A DNA stretch of 64,000 bases from a virus: IMG/VR virus record IMGVR_UViG_3300029121_000001. One strand, given 5' to 3'. Within the stretch, counting starts at the first letter, position 1, and every line of letters begins with the position of its first letter. The notes under the pieces were generated by a model. The model ran no database searches. It was not told where the DNA came from and saw only the letters and a list, made by a program, of their open reading frames with translations. A program made the position numbers and the translations under genes. Below are positions 56,232 through 64,000 of this stretch, one piece after another.

Positions 56232-56456
56232 TTAAATATATATGATGTTTGCATGGCAGTCATCAGTATAAGATGACGCTGTACCATTACTCCAGTGTCT
56301 AATCCATCTATAATATAATTTTCCGTTATTTTGATAAATCCAATCAGCATCGTTTCTTACGTCATCTAATATATCAAATCCTATTATAGTACCATTTAAT
56401 GTATATCCAGATTTTGTGATATAAATATTATAAAGCTTCTTTATAGAAGCGTCAGA
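56232..56456 (-). CDS. startless cassette j (74 aa)
   Basis: TAA TAA TCT GAC GCT TCT. SDASIKKLYNIYITKSGYTLNGTIIGFDILDDVRNDADWIYQNNGKLYYRWIRHWSNGTASSYTDDCHANIIYI. Confidence 0.6.
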   Translation of the reverse strand, partial: SDASIKKLYNIYITKSGYTLNGTIIGFDILDDVRNDADWIYQNNGKLYYRWIRHWSNGTASSYTDDCHANIIYI

Positions 56457-56470
56457 TTATTAAAAAATAA

Positions 56471-56500
56471 AAGGAGTGAAGATTTTACTCTTCACTCCTT
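56471..56500 (-). terminator. intrinsic terminator after 56506..57711, abutting the cassette motif
   Basis: aaggagtgaag/cttcactcctt hairpin followed by TTTATTTTTT on the minus strand. Confidence 0.7.
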
Positions 56501-56505
56501 CTAAA

Positions 56506-57711
56506 TTATTTCTTATATTCCATTTCGTAGAAACTCAAATCATACGGATATGGAACTTTTGGTTTACAGTTTCTATCACAGTATCCACAAGATTTGGATT
56601 GTCCACTTAACACTGAAGACAATATAGGAATATTAAAATTGCCACAATCGCACTTGCAAATTACTCGTTGATACAAACTTGGTTTATTAATGCTTATATC
56701 TTCTGGGTTATAAATATATGCTGCTTTGATTATAGTAAGTTTTCCATGATGTTCACCTTTATAAATTTTATCAACAGCAGATGGAGTTGATTTCTGATAC
56801 TTCTTACCACACTTGTCGCAAGTAGTTCTCTGCAGTTTACCATTCTCTAATTTTGTAGATACATATCCTCCACAATCACATTGACATACCACATTAAAAT
56901 GAGAAATCGTGCGATCATATCCACTAATTACAGGTACTGCTTGTACGATTCTAAGTTTTCCATACTTCCTTCCAATCAATTTAGGTGTATATTCTTTTGC
57001 ATAGCAGTATACGCATTCACCATATTTTTTATTCCAGGCAAACAGTACATCTTTGCAATCAGTATATGCATTACCACATTTAATACATTTAAATGTACAC
57101 TTATCGAGATCTTTTGTAACACTAATAAGTTTAAGTCTTGAAATACGTCGTTCAAGATCCATTCTGCATTGAATTTCCATCAATTCATCGCACTTAGTGC
57201 AATTGGGATATACAGATAGTGCATTATTTAGTGTAATACGATTGACTTCACCACAAGAATGAACTGTATAGACATATGTGGTATTCATCAATTTAATGAT
57301 GTTGTCACTGGTAAATTCACATTCTACTTTATCATATCTCCTATCATCTCTAGAAAGATTTCCAATAATCTGACACCATCCAAATGCCTGATGGTCTTGA
57401 GCCCAGATATATCCTACGTATTCATTAGGATCAAAGATGTTGTCACACTCCTCTTTAACGATGAATGTATTGGACTTGCTAGCTTCAAGTATAGCATTGA
57501 ATGCATCTTTTGAATTATCAATACCATATACATTAGAATCATATGCGCTAATATAGAGATTGATATATTTATCACTTGTAATAAAGTAATGCCCTTTTGC
57601 TTTTATGGAAAATATCATTTCTCTATTTAAGCCAATTCCAATGAATAGTGTATTAGGAAAATACTTATAGATACTTTCCATATACTCGATAACCTTTTTC
57701 TTGTCAATCAT
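56506..57711 (-). CDS. Cys-rich protein with C-x-C-D-C-G repeat modules (paralogue of 33126..33884)
   Basis: KYGKLRIVQAV..VVCQCDCG and HHGKLTIIKAA..ICKCDCG. The ATG at 57711 (MIDKKK) follows AAAGGAG; the track start at 57762 lies inside the promoter-like motif. Confidence 0.8.
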   Translation of the reverse strand: MIDKKKVIEYMESIYKYFPNTLFIGIGLNREMIFSIKAKGHYFITSDKYINLYISAYDSNVYGIDNSKDAFNAILEASKSNTFIVKEECDNIFDPNEYVGYIWAQDHQAFGWCQIIGNLSRDDRRYDKVECEFTSDNIIKLMNTTYVYTVHSCGEVNRITLNNALSVYPNCTKCDELMEIQCRMDLERRISRLKLISVTKDLDKCTFKCIKCGNAYTDCKDVLFAWNKKYGECVYCYAKEYTPKLIGRKYGKLRIVQAVPVISGYDRTISHFNVVCQCDCGGYVSTKLENGKLQRTTCDKCGKKYQKSTPSAVDKIYKGEHHGKLTIIKAAYIYNPEDISINKPSLYQRVICKCDCGNFNIPILSSVLSGQSKSCGYCDRNCKPKVPYPYDLSFYEMEYKK

Positions 57712-57759
57712 TTTAACTACTCCTTTTTTAAATTGTATGATAGGACAACTTCTTCCTAC

Positions 57760-57775
57760 CATATTTATAATATAT
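57760..57775 (-). promoter_or_regulatory. promoter-like motif ATATATTATAAATATG
   Basis: 49 nt upstream of the 57711 start. Confidence 0.4.
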
Positions 57776-57787
57776 ATTCATTTCATA

Positions 57788-58762
57788 TTAAAAGTAAATA
57801 TCTCTATTAAAAGCCTCTTTAAAACTCGCTTTAACTTTACTGCTATTCACATTACAATAAATCATAGTAGTCTCTAATTTGGCATGCCCGAGAACTTCTT
57901 TAATCTGTTCTACAGGCATTCCTCTATCCATTAGATGAGTTGCACAAGTTCTACGGAATCGGTGAGGATGTACATTCTCTACTCCAGCTCTATCACCAAT
58001 ATCCTTAAGAATTAATTCTGCACCTCTTGGAGTCAATCTATGGCCATTTGAAAGATGTGTGAATAAAGGTTGATCCGGTTGAGCATAACGTTCTTCTAAA
58101 TATTCTTGTAAGTATTTCATACAATTATTACTTAGATAAACAACTCTCTCCTTATGACCTTTACCAAATACTATAACTTCGCCTTCATTGAAGTTGATAT
58201 CTTTTACATTAAGACTAATAACTTCAGCAAGTCTAGTTCCAGTAGAATATAGAAATTCAACAAATGCTTTATCTCTTTTATTAGTACATTCTGCTCTAAG
58301 AGCATCCATCTCAACATTAGAGAAAGCTTTCTTGATTTTCTTTTCACACAATACTCTTTCAATTTTATTAGTAGGATTTTTCTCAATGAATTCTTCATTT
58401 ACAAGAAATTCATAAAAAGAGCTAATAGCTCTAATCTTAGTCTGTAATGTAGCAGCTTGAAGATTTCTTGCTTTAACCATATAGGCAAGATAATCCTTCA
58501 TATCTGCAGTAGTAATGTCTAAATAACTCTTTCCATTATAGTACTTAGCCATTGCTCTAACTTCTGTTACATATCCGGTCAAAGAAGATGGTTTTAGTCC
58601 TACTAAACTTTTCTGTTGTATGAAGCGTTCTATCAACTCTTCATTTGGTAGAGCGGTTCTAGATGTTCTTAGAATTGTATCCAGAACGTTTTTCAATTTA
58701 GCTAGTTGAATTTCATTTAATTCTGGTCCCATCAATTTTAGGATCATCTCTATATTAGTCAT
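57788..58762 (-). CDS. tyrosine site-specific recombinase (XerC/XerD / phage integrase family)
   Basis: N-terminal SAM-like domain. Catalytic signature GTRLAE...HPHRFRRTCATHL...LGHAKLETTMIY. The ATG at 58762 (MTNIEM) follows GGAG. Confidence 0.9.
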   Translation of the reverse strand: MTNIEMILKLMGPELNEIQLAKLKNVLDTILRTSRTALPNEELIERFIQQKSLVGLKPSSLTGYVTEVRAMAKYYNGKSYLDITTADMKDYLAYMVKARNLQAATLQTKIRAISSFYEFLVNEEFIEKNPTNKIERVLCEKKIKKAFSNVEMDALRAECTNKRDKAFVEFLYSTGTRLAEVISLNVKDINFNEGEVIVFGKGHKERVVYLSNNCMKYLQEYLEERYAQPDQPLFTHLSNGHRLTPRGAELILKDIGDRAGVENVHPHRFRRTCATHLMDRGMPVEQIKEVLGHAKLETTMIYCNVNSSKVKASFKEAFNRDIYF

Positions 58763-58810
58763 CGCTATATCTCCAATCACAATTAATGTACATTAAGGAG
58801 GACTTTTCAA

Positions 58811-59335
58811 ATGGAAAAGCTAGTTCTGTCTAACGGTGCTGAGTATCGTCTGGTTACTGATGGTGTAAATGAGTACAATGGTGTCCTAACCCTAAAGGTT
58901 CGTCCGATGGAAGGTACTACCAAGACTGCTGAAGAGGTCCTGAAGGACTTCACTGGTAATGATACCATTACTGCTAAGATTGATGATACTGCTATTCGTA
59001 TCTTCACCAATTACACCAAGGTTAAGGACGTTAGACTGGTTCCTAACTACGTTGTTAACACCAAGTATGTTTGCCCCGAGTGTGGTGAGTCTGTAGAGAA
59101 CACTGCTACTACTTGTACAAAGTGCAATGCTACTTTCGATGCTCCTACGATTTCTGAGGAGACCGATACTATCTTCATTCTGAATGTCACTACACCTGAT
59201 GTCAATGACCGTCTGAATGATGTTGAGAATGCTATCACTGAGATTGGTGCTTCTCTGCTGGCTATGGGTGGAGACGATACTGACTCCTCTGATGGTAATG
59301 ACACAGCACCTGAATCCAATGTTGTTGCTGATTAA
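58811..59335 (+). CDS. hypothetical protein with zinc-ribbon (CPECG...CTKC), GC-richer
   Basis: 174-aa ORF, AAGGAGG RBS. Confidence 0.8.
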   Translation: MEKLVLSNGAEYRLVTDGVNEYNGVLTLKVRPMEGTTKTAEEVLKDFTGNDTITAKIDDTAIRIFTNYTKVKDVRLVPNYVVNTKYVCPECGESVENTATTCTKCNATFDAPTISEETDTIFILNVTTPDVNDRLNDVENAITEIGASLLAMGGDDTDSSDGNDTAPESNVVAD

Positions 59336-59358
59336 TTAAAATTAGGAGGTAAATGACA

Positions 59359-59484
59359 ATGTATAAGTTTGTCGTTCGTATGTGGAAGAATCATATGATT
59401 GATGAAAAGGGTGTCGACAATGCTGTGAAGAAGCATTGGATCACTGCTAAGCAGGCAGAAGATATCAAGAAGATGCCTCGTTAA
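59359..59484 (+). CDS. xkdX: XkdX-family small phage protein (41 aa)
   Basis: MYKFVVRMWKNHMIDEKGVDNAVKKHWITAKQAEDIKKMPR. AGGAGG RBS 9 nt upstream. Size and the ...ITAKQAEDI pattern fit XkdX (from memory). Confidence 0.55.
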   Translation: MYKFVVRMWKNHMIDEKGVDNAVKKHWITAKQAEDIKKMPR

Positions 59485-59504
59485 TTTTCATTAGATAAAA
59501 AATA

Positions 59505-59533
59505 ATGGGTAAGGGATTAACTCCCTTACCCAT
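59505..59533. terminator. bidirectional terminator
   Basis: atgggtaaggga/tcccttacccat hairpin between convergent genes. Confidence 0.7.
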
Positions 59534-59541
59534 TTAATTTA

Positions 59542-61914
59542 TCAAACGATAGAAGCTCTAATTACAACATCAGTTTTATTCTGTGTTACCTTAATACCCT
59601 TGCTTACAGAACTCATCATCTGGATCTGAGAAATCGGCAAACTTATATTGGATCCTGTGGTAATAATATTAAGTGTATTATTATCAGAAGCTCCAAAGAT
59701 AGTTTTAATTCTATCTCCTCTTCCAAGATCAATAACTCTACTACCAGCTTTATTTCTTTGACTTCTCTCAAAACCAGCAACGGAGAATTTATTAATCTTA
59801 CCAGACTCTGTCAATACAATAACGTATTTGGTTGGATTCTTATGGTCAGTATAAATAATACTCATACCTTCCATAGGCCCATGTTGACCTCCCATACCAA
59901 GTGTGCCAATTGTATTTCTCTTAAGCAATGCGATATCAGTAGAAGCAATTCGCAATGCTTTAGAATCGCTATACAGAATCAGATCCATATTGTCAGATAC
60001 AAGTTGAGTATCAACAATGTCATCATCCTGATTAATCTTAGAATAGATAATACCAGAAGGAGGAACATTGATGAAATCCTGAATATCAAGTTTCTTGATA
60101 GTATTATTTTTAGACAAGATTGCTACATATACTTTCTGCTTTAAAGCCGCAAGTTTAGTAACCATAGGCTCATAAATTACAGAAATAATATCTGCAGTAA
60201 GTCCTTTAATAACACCCTTAACATCGATACCAGGCTCATTCTTAGCCATAATGGGAATTCTGTGAATCGGAAGCTTGAATACTCTACCCTTATTATCAAA
60301 GAGAAGTATATTCTCCAGATTACTTACTGTCAATACAAACTTAGGCCGATCTCCCTTAACCACATTTACATTCTCATTCTCACCAATCTTACGGATATAG
60401 TTATTCTCAGTGATAATGATCTTGAATGTACCTTCAGGGATATTGCCCAGATTACTAACCTTAATAACCTTACAGATTCTAGGGGTAGCATACTTATTGC
60501 GAAGCATGATCAATTCATTTTTGACATCTTCCTTAATAAGTTTATCATTAGCGATTCTTCCTTCAAGCCAAGATTCTTCTTTACTTAGCTTATTAAACTC
60601 CTCCTTATATTTATCAAGATATCCTCTAGACAACTGTTTGATCTGAGCATTGATAATATAAGATGCCTGAATATCAGTCAATCTATATTTACTAATCAAA
60701 AGCTCAATCAATTCATTATCAGAACTAGTCTTTCCTTTCTTAATAAGATTAATAATCTTATCAATATCAGGAGATCCTACAATCTTGATAAATGCGTCAA
60801 GTTTATGAAGCTTTGTAGATACTACATAATGTCTTGCAGAGTATTCCTTGATCTTATTATCAGTAGCAAATTTGATAAACAATTCAAGATAGGCTTTATA
60901 AGACAATCTTACAAGCTCAGTACCATAAACTGCTTCAAAATTAACTCTGAAAGATTGTTCACAAGGAGTGTACTTATACAAAGCTTCTTTAACAAAGTTT
61001 ACATCAGTACCCTTCTTTAACTTGATTACGATTCGTACACCATAGTCATTCTTAGACTCATCATTAACATCAATAATCTGAGGGAATTTACCAGCGGCAA
61101 TTCCTTCATCGATCTTGTTGACTACATTGTTGGTACCATACATCGGAAGAGAAGTAATTGTGATATAAGGATAATCATTCTTATCATGAGATACACTCAT
61201 AGTTGCTCTTGCACGATAAGATCCATAGCCTTTATTACAGATATTCTTCCAATCTGTATCGATGATATCGCAAGGAAGACAATGATCAGGAATTAGAACT
61301 ACTTCTGCGTTTGGATCATCAATCAATCTCAGAGTTGCATCGATAACTTCTCCCATATTATGAGAAGGAAGATCTGCTTTAATGCCAGTACCAATACCAC
61401 CAAGAATACCATTGATCAGAAGAAGTGGAACTTTAACAGGAAGATATTGAGGCTCCATATGCTTGTTATCATATGTGGGATTCCAATCAACGACTTCATT
61501 GTTATAATACAATGCTCCACATACACATTCGAGTCCAAAAGGACTTAAACAGCATTCGGTATATCTTTGTGCAGATGCTACTTCACCAGATACAGTACCA
61601 AAAGAGCCTTGCCCAATCATCATCGGTTGCTTAATTTCAAACCAGTTTACCATGGTTTTAAATGTAGGATAGGTACCACTATGAGGATGATATTTCTTCA
61701 TAACAGTACCTTCTACGGCAGCAGATTTAACCTGAGTAGCAGGACTTACTGCTTTTTCATCATTCATTAGAGTATACAGAATACGTCTTGCAACAGGCTT
61801 CAATCCATCTCGAACATCAGGCAATGCACGAACTAGGTTCGTAGCAATAGTGTATAGAGCAAGATCTTCGATATATTGTTTATGAGCTGTATTTTGACGA
61901 ATTACTTCGGCCAT
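59542..61914 (-). CDS. type II DNA topoisomerase, A (breakage-reunion) subunit
   Basis: PDVRDGLKPVARRILY, KYHPHSG, active-site AQRYTECCL; 790 aa. Confidence 0.9.
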   Translation of the reverse strand: MAEVIRQNTAHKQYIEDLALYTIATNLVRALPDVRDGLKPVARRILYTLMNDEKAVSPATQVKSAAVEGTVMKKYHPHSGTYPTFKTMVNWFEIKQPMMIGQGSFGTVSGEVASAQRYTECCLSPFGLECVCGALYYNNEVVDWNPTYDNKHMEPQYLPVKVPLLLINGILGGIGTGIKADLPSHNMGEVIDATLRLIDDPNAEVVLIPDHCLPCDIIDTDWKNICNKGYGSYRARATMSVSHDKNDYPYITITSLPMYGTNNVVNKIDEGIAAGKFPQIIDVNDESKNDYGVRIVIKLKKGTDVNFVKEALYKYTPCEQSFRVNFEAVYGTELVRLSYKAYLELFIKFATDNKIKEYSARHYVVSTKLHKLDAFIKIVGSPDIDKIINLIKKGKTSSDNELIELLISKYRLTDIQASYIINAQIKQLSRGYLDKYKEEFNKLSKEESWLEGRIANDKLIKEDVKNELIMLRNKYATPRICKVIKVSNLGNIPEGTFKIIITENNYIRKIGENENVNVVKGDRPKFVLTVSNLENILLFDNKGRVFKLPIHRIPIMAKNEPGIDVKGVIKGLTADIISVIYEPMVTKLAALKQKVYVAILSKNNTIKKLDIQDFINVPPSGIIYSKINQDDDIVDTQLVSDNMDLILYSDSKALRIASTDIALLKRNTIGTLGMGGQHGPMEGMSIIYTDHKNPTKYVIVLTESGKINKFSVAGFERSQRNKAGSRVIDLGRGDRIKTIFGASDNNTLNIITTGSNISLPISQIQMMSSVSKGIKVTQNKTDVVIRASIV

Positions 61915-61920
61915 TTATTT

Positions 61921-62424
61921 TTACACCTGACTTTCAATATATTCACTTTTACTATTTGAGCATTTAACGATCTTGTTATCTCCAGTGTTATTTTTAATCC
62001 ATTCAGATTCTGCTTTGTTATGATAGATAAAAATGCAATCATTACCATAGGTTCTATCCATGCAACGATTGAAGAAGACATGATCAAAATTAGCATTATA
62101 AAGAATACCTTGCTGATTCTTGATCATTTCCTTGCCTTCTGCTACAGAACCATGTGCTGCCATAGGACAGATAGTACCTGCTTGAGCAAATAGCAATATA
62201 TTTCTATCATCATAAAGTTTCGTAAGATCTTTAAGGACATCAAGAGTGCTAAATCCACTATTATGTCTAATATTGAGAATCCAATGAATTTCATCATCAA
62301 AATCCGCAAGAGCAGCATAAAGATCACTAATACAGGATCTAAGATAAGGTTCAGTATGATTATAATAAATAGCAATATTTACTTTACCGCTATCAACATC
62401 AACCCATTTACTATTATTCATCAT
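61921..62424 (-). CDS. hypothetical protein
   Basis: 167-aa ORF, AGGAG RBS. Confidence 0.8.
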   Translation of the reverse strand: MMNNSKWVDVDSGKVNIAIYYNHTEPYLRSCISDLYAALADFDDEIHWILNIRHNSGFSTLDVLKDLTKLYDDRNILLFAQAGTICPMAAHGSVAEGKEMIKNQQGILYNANFDHVFFNRCMDRTYGNDCIFIYHNKAESEWIKNNTGDNKIVKCSNSKSEYIESQV

Positions 62425-62959
62425 GGCTTATTCTCCTAGTAAATTTTGCATTCATAGTCTTCATAAATTCATTAGTATTACCAATATTCAAAGTAGTTCC
62501 TTCAACTTTTTTATTTCCACTTACGACAACAGTTCCGCTGGATTTAGAATCTTCACATGAAAAATCAATTCCTTTACGACTATTAAGCATATTTGTAAAC
62601 ATTTCAGAATATAAATATGCATTATCGATCTCAAACTTAGTCACAAATGTACCATTCATCTTAATTTCTCCACAAAGGGCTTTACCTTTAAGATGGACAG
62701 ATCTAAATGCAAAGTCAAATGACTCTTCCTCAGCAATCTGATCGAGAATTTTTCTAGAATACTCTGCATCGCTAATTCTATTAATCTCAATAGAATAATT
62801 TTCATGAAGAAGAGCGGCTAATTGAGTTTTGATAAATGCTACTACTACAGCATATTCAACATTAAGTTTTAAAGTCAAATCAGGATCATTGTAGACATCT
62901 TCTGTCATAATCGATGTAGGTGTTTTACCTAAAGAATAATTCATATATTCTATGAACAT
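62414..62959 (-). CDS. hypothetical protein
   Basis: ORF. The ATG at 62959 (MFIEYMNY) is better spaced from AAGGAG than the track start at 62965. Confidence 0.8.
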   Translation of the reverse strand: MFIEYMNYSLGKTPTSIMTEDVYNDPDLTLKLNVEYAVVVAFIKTQLAALLHENYSIEINRISDAEYSRKILDQIAEEESFDFAFRSVHLKGKALCGEIKMNGTFVTKFEIDNAYLYSEMFTNMLNSRKGIDFSCEDSKSSGTVVVSGNKKVEGTTLNIGNTNEFMKTMNAKFTRRISHDE

Positions 62960-62986
62960 AATCATCTTCTCCTTAAATAAAATAAT

Positions 62987-63020
62987 AAGAGACTAGTAAA
63001 TTGGTGCTTACTAGTCTCTT
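62987..63020 (-). terminator. intrinsic terminator after the topo II B gene
   Basis: aagagactagtaa/ttactagtctctt hairpin followed by a T-rich run on the minus strand. Confidence 0.7.
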
Positions 63021-63026
63021 ATATTA

Positions 63027-63866
63027 TTACAATCCGATCAATGCACTGCGATCAACAACACCAGTTTCTTGAAGAATCATATGCTTATTCGAATCATACT
63101 GACGAATGATCTTAGTGGTCTCATTGATATCATCAACCGTATATTGGATCAGGGTACGTGTATTAGGATTCATAGTAGATTCAGCCAACTGATCAGCATT
63201 CATCTCACCTAATCCCTTAAAACGGTTAACACTGCCAATAGTATTCATTGCTGTAGATACTAGATCATACAAACCAACTTTCTTACCATTAACAATGAAT
63301 CTCATATGATTTTCATTCATCGCTTTCTTAATAGGGTCGATCAGAGGTTTGCAATCCTCAATGAATCTATCATTATAGAAAATCGTTTCAATTCTTCCAT
63401 TAATTAGGCCTTTGATTCTGATAGTATTACCAATCTTAGTAATATTTTCATTCTCCATAAATCTAAATTCAGAAGTAATTCTCTTACGAAGAGTTTCAAA
63501 TTTCTCCTTCTTAATATAGGAAGAAATGACAATTTCCAATAGGATAGGATTAATCTTATATCTTTCAGCAATGGTGGAGAAGTCATAAATATAATCAGAA
63601 TTCTCAATCAAGATTCTAGTAAAGGTAGCAGAATCGATAGGCTTACCATTAAGATCTGTAACAGAATTCTTCTTATAATACTCCTTCTGCATATATCTTA
63701 CAAAGTCAACACGCTCTGCAAAATATTTCATGCGATTCTTCCCCATAGGAATTCCATATAGAGGAGGAACAGCCTTATATACTTTGCCAGCATCGACTAA
63801 GCCGGGGAACATCTTCAGGCACACAAGCAAAAGAAGGTCTGCAATATGTGCACCATCATTATCAGC
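63027..63866 (-). CDS. type II DNA topoisomerase B subunit, C-terminal exon (Toprim DxDxD onward)
   Basis: The frame reads ..ADNDGAHIADLLLLVCLKMFPGLVDAGKVYKAVPPLYGI..., a GyrB/ParE signature. It is closed by TGA at 63882-63884 just upstream of the conserved motif. The exact 5' exon boundary is uncertain by a few nt. Confidence 0.8.
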   Translation of the reverse strand, partial: ADNDGAHIADLLLLVCLKMFPGLVDAGKVYKAVPPLYGIPMGKNRMKYFAERVDFVRYMQKEYYKKNSVTDLNGKPIDSATFTRILIENSDYIYDFSTIAERYKINPILLEIVISSYIKKEKFETLRKRITSEFRFMENENITKIGNTIRIKGLINGRIETIFYNDRFIEDCKPLIDPIKKAMNENHMRFIVNGKKVGLYDLVSTAMNTIGSVNRFKGLGEMNADQLAESTMNPNTRTLIQYTVDDINETTKIIRQYDSNKHMILQETGVVDRSALIGL

Positions 63867-64000
63867 TCTATTTCGGTACTCTCACGTTAGTGAGAGAGTA
63901 GACTATATGTTACTATGCTTAGATACTATACTTCTCTAAACCTAGAATGCTCTTTCCAAATACGTGTCAATAGTATCTGTACTTTCCTTCACGGAAATAG
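63867..64000 (-). ncRNA. probable 3' part of a second group I intron (runs off right edge)
   Basis: The conserved Toprim motif is cut off by non-coding, GC-elevated, hairpin-rich sequence (ctctcac gtta gtgagag). The missing upstream part of the motif (expected ..IMTD) is not in frame. Confidence 0.45.

Noticed and set aside
56228-56350. N-terminal extension of the 329-aa track ORF (ATG at 56350)
   Set aside because: The extension overlaps cassette j in another frame, has no RBS, and is not matched in paralogue h. Homology between h and i starts at the SDAS/NDAS motif.
12915-56456. The repeated ATCTGACGCTTCTA motif as a CRISPR array or as DGR template/variable repeats
   Set aside because: The copies are 0.2 to 31 kb apart with no regular repeat-spacer periodicity. 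They lie at the 5' end of ORFs, not the 3' end. No cas genes, reverse transcriptase or A-to-N mutated repeat pair is present in the window.

Overview
AT-rich (about 30% G+C by eye), densely packed, mostly minus-strand DNA that reads as a large virulent-type phage of a low-GC Gram-positive host. Nearly every gene has a GGAGG-type RBS, and hairpin plus T-run terminators are frequent. Recognisable genes: a split multisubunit RNA polymerase beta-prime N-terminal subunit, topoisomerase II A and B subunits, dCMP deaminase, a dNTP pyrophosphohydrolase-like protein, a RusA-like resolvase, an XRE regulator and a tyrosine recombinase. There is also a 3164-aa tape-measure-like protein with three peptidoglycan-hydrolase domains, a 1507-aa structural protein, a 1236-aa multi-enzyme polyprotein, a radical SAM/SPASM enzyme, two tRNAs and an XkdX-like peptide. 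The beta-prime gene is split exactly at its catalytic AADFDGD motif by a 542-nt group I intron. The topo II B gene appears to carry a second intron at the right edge. The main finding is a family of ten ORF cassettes (71-288 codons) with no start codon and no RBS. All open at one conserved motif, ATCTGACGCTTCTA (Ser-Asp-Ala-Ser), usually directly after a terminator. They encode tail-fibre or receptor-binding-like C-terminal modules, which suggests cassette switching or RNA joining onto a constant N-terminal gene outside this window. Other leads: a radical SAM maturase operon with a protein whose tail has 19 Cys, headed by one of these cassettes; an 800-nt ORF-free, GC-elevated region beside the tRNAs (candidate large structured RNA); and a recurrent 16-nt promoter-like motif, AGATATTATAAWWWTG. 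Many ORFs in the supplied track are antisense shadow ORFs and were not called.
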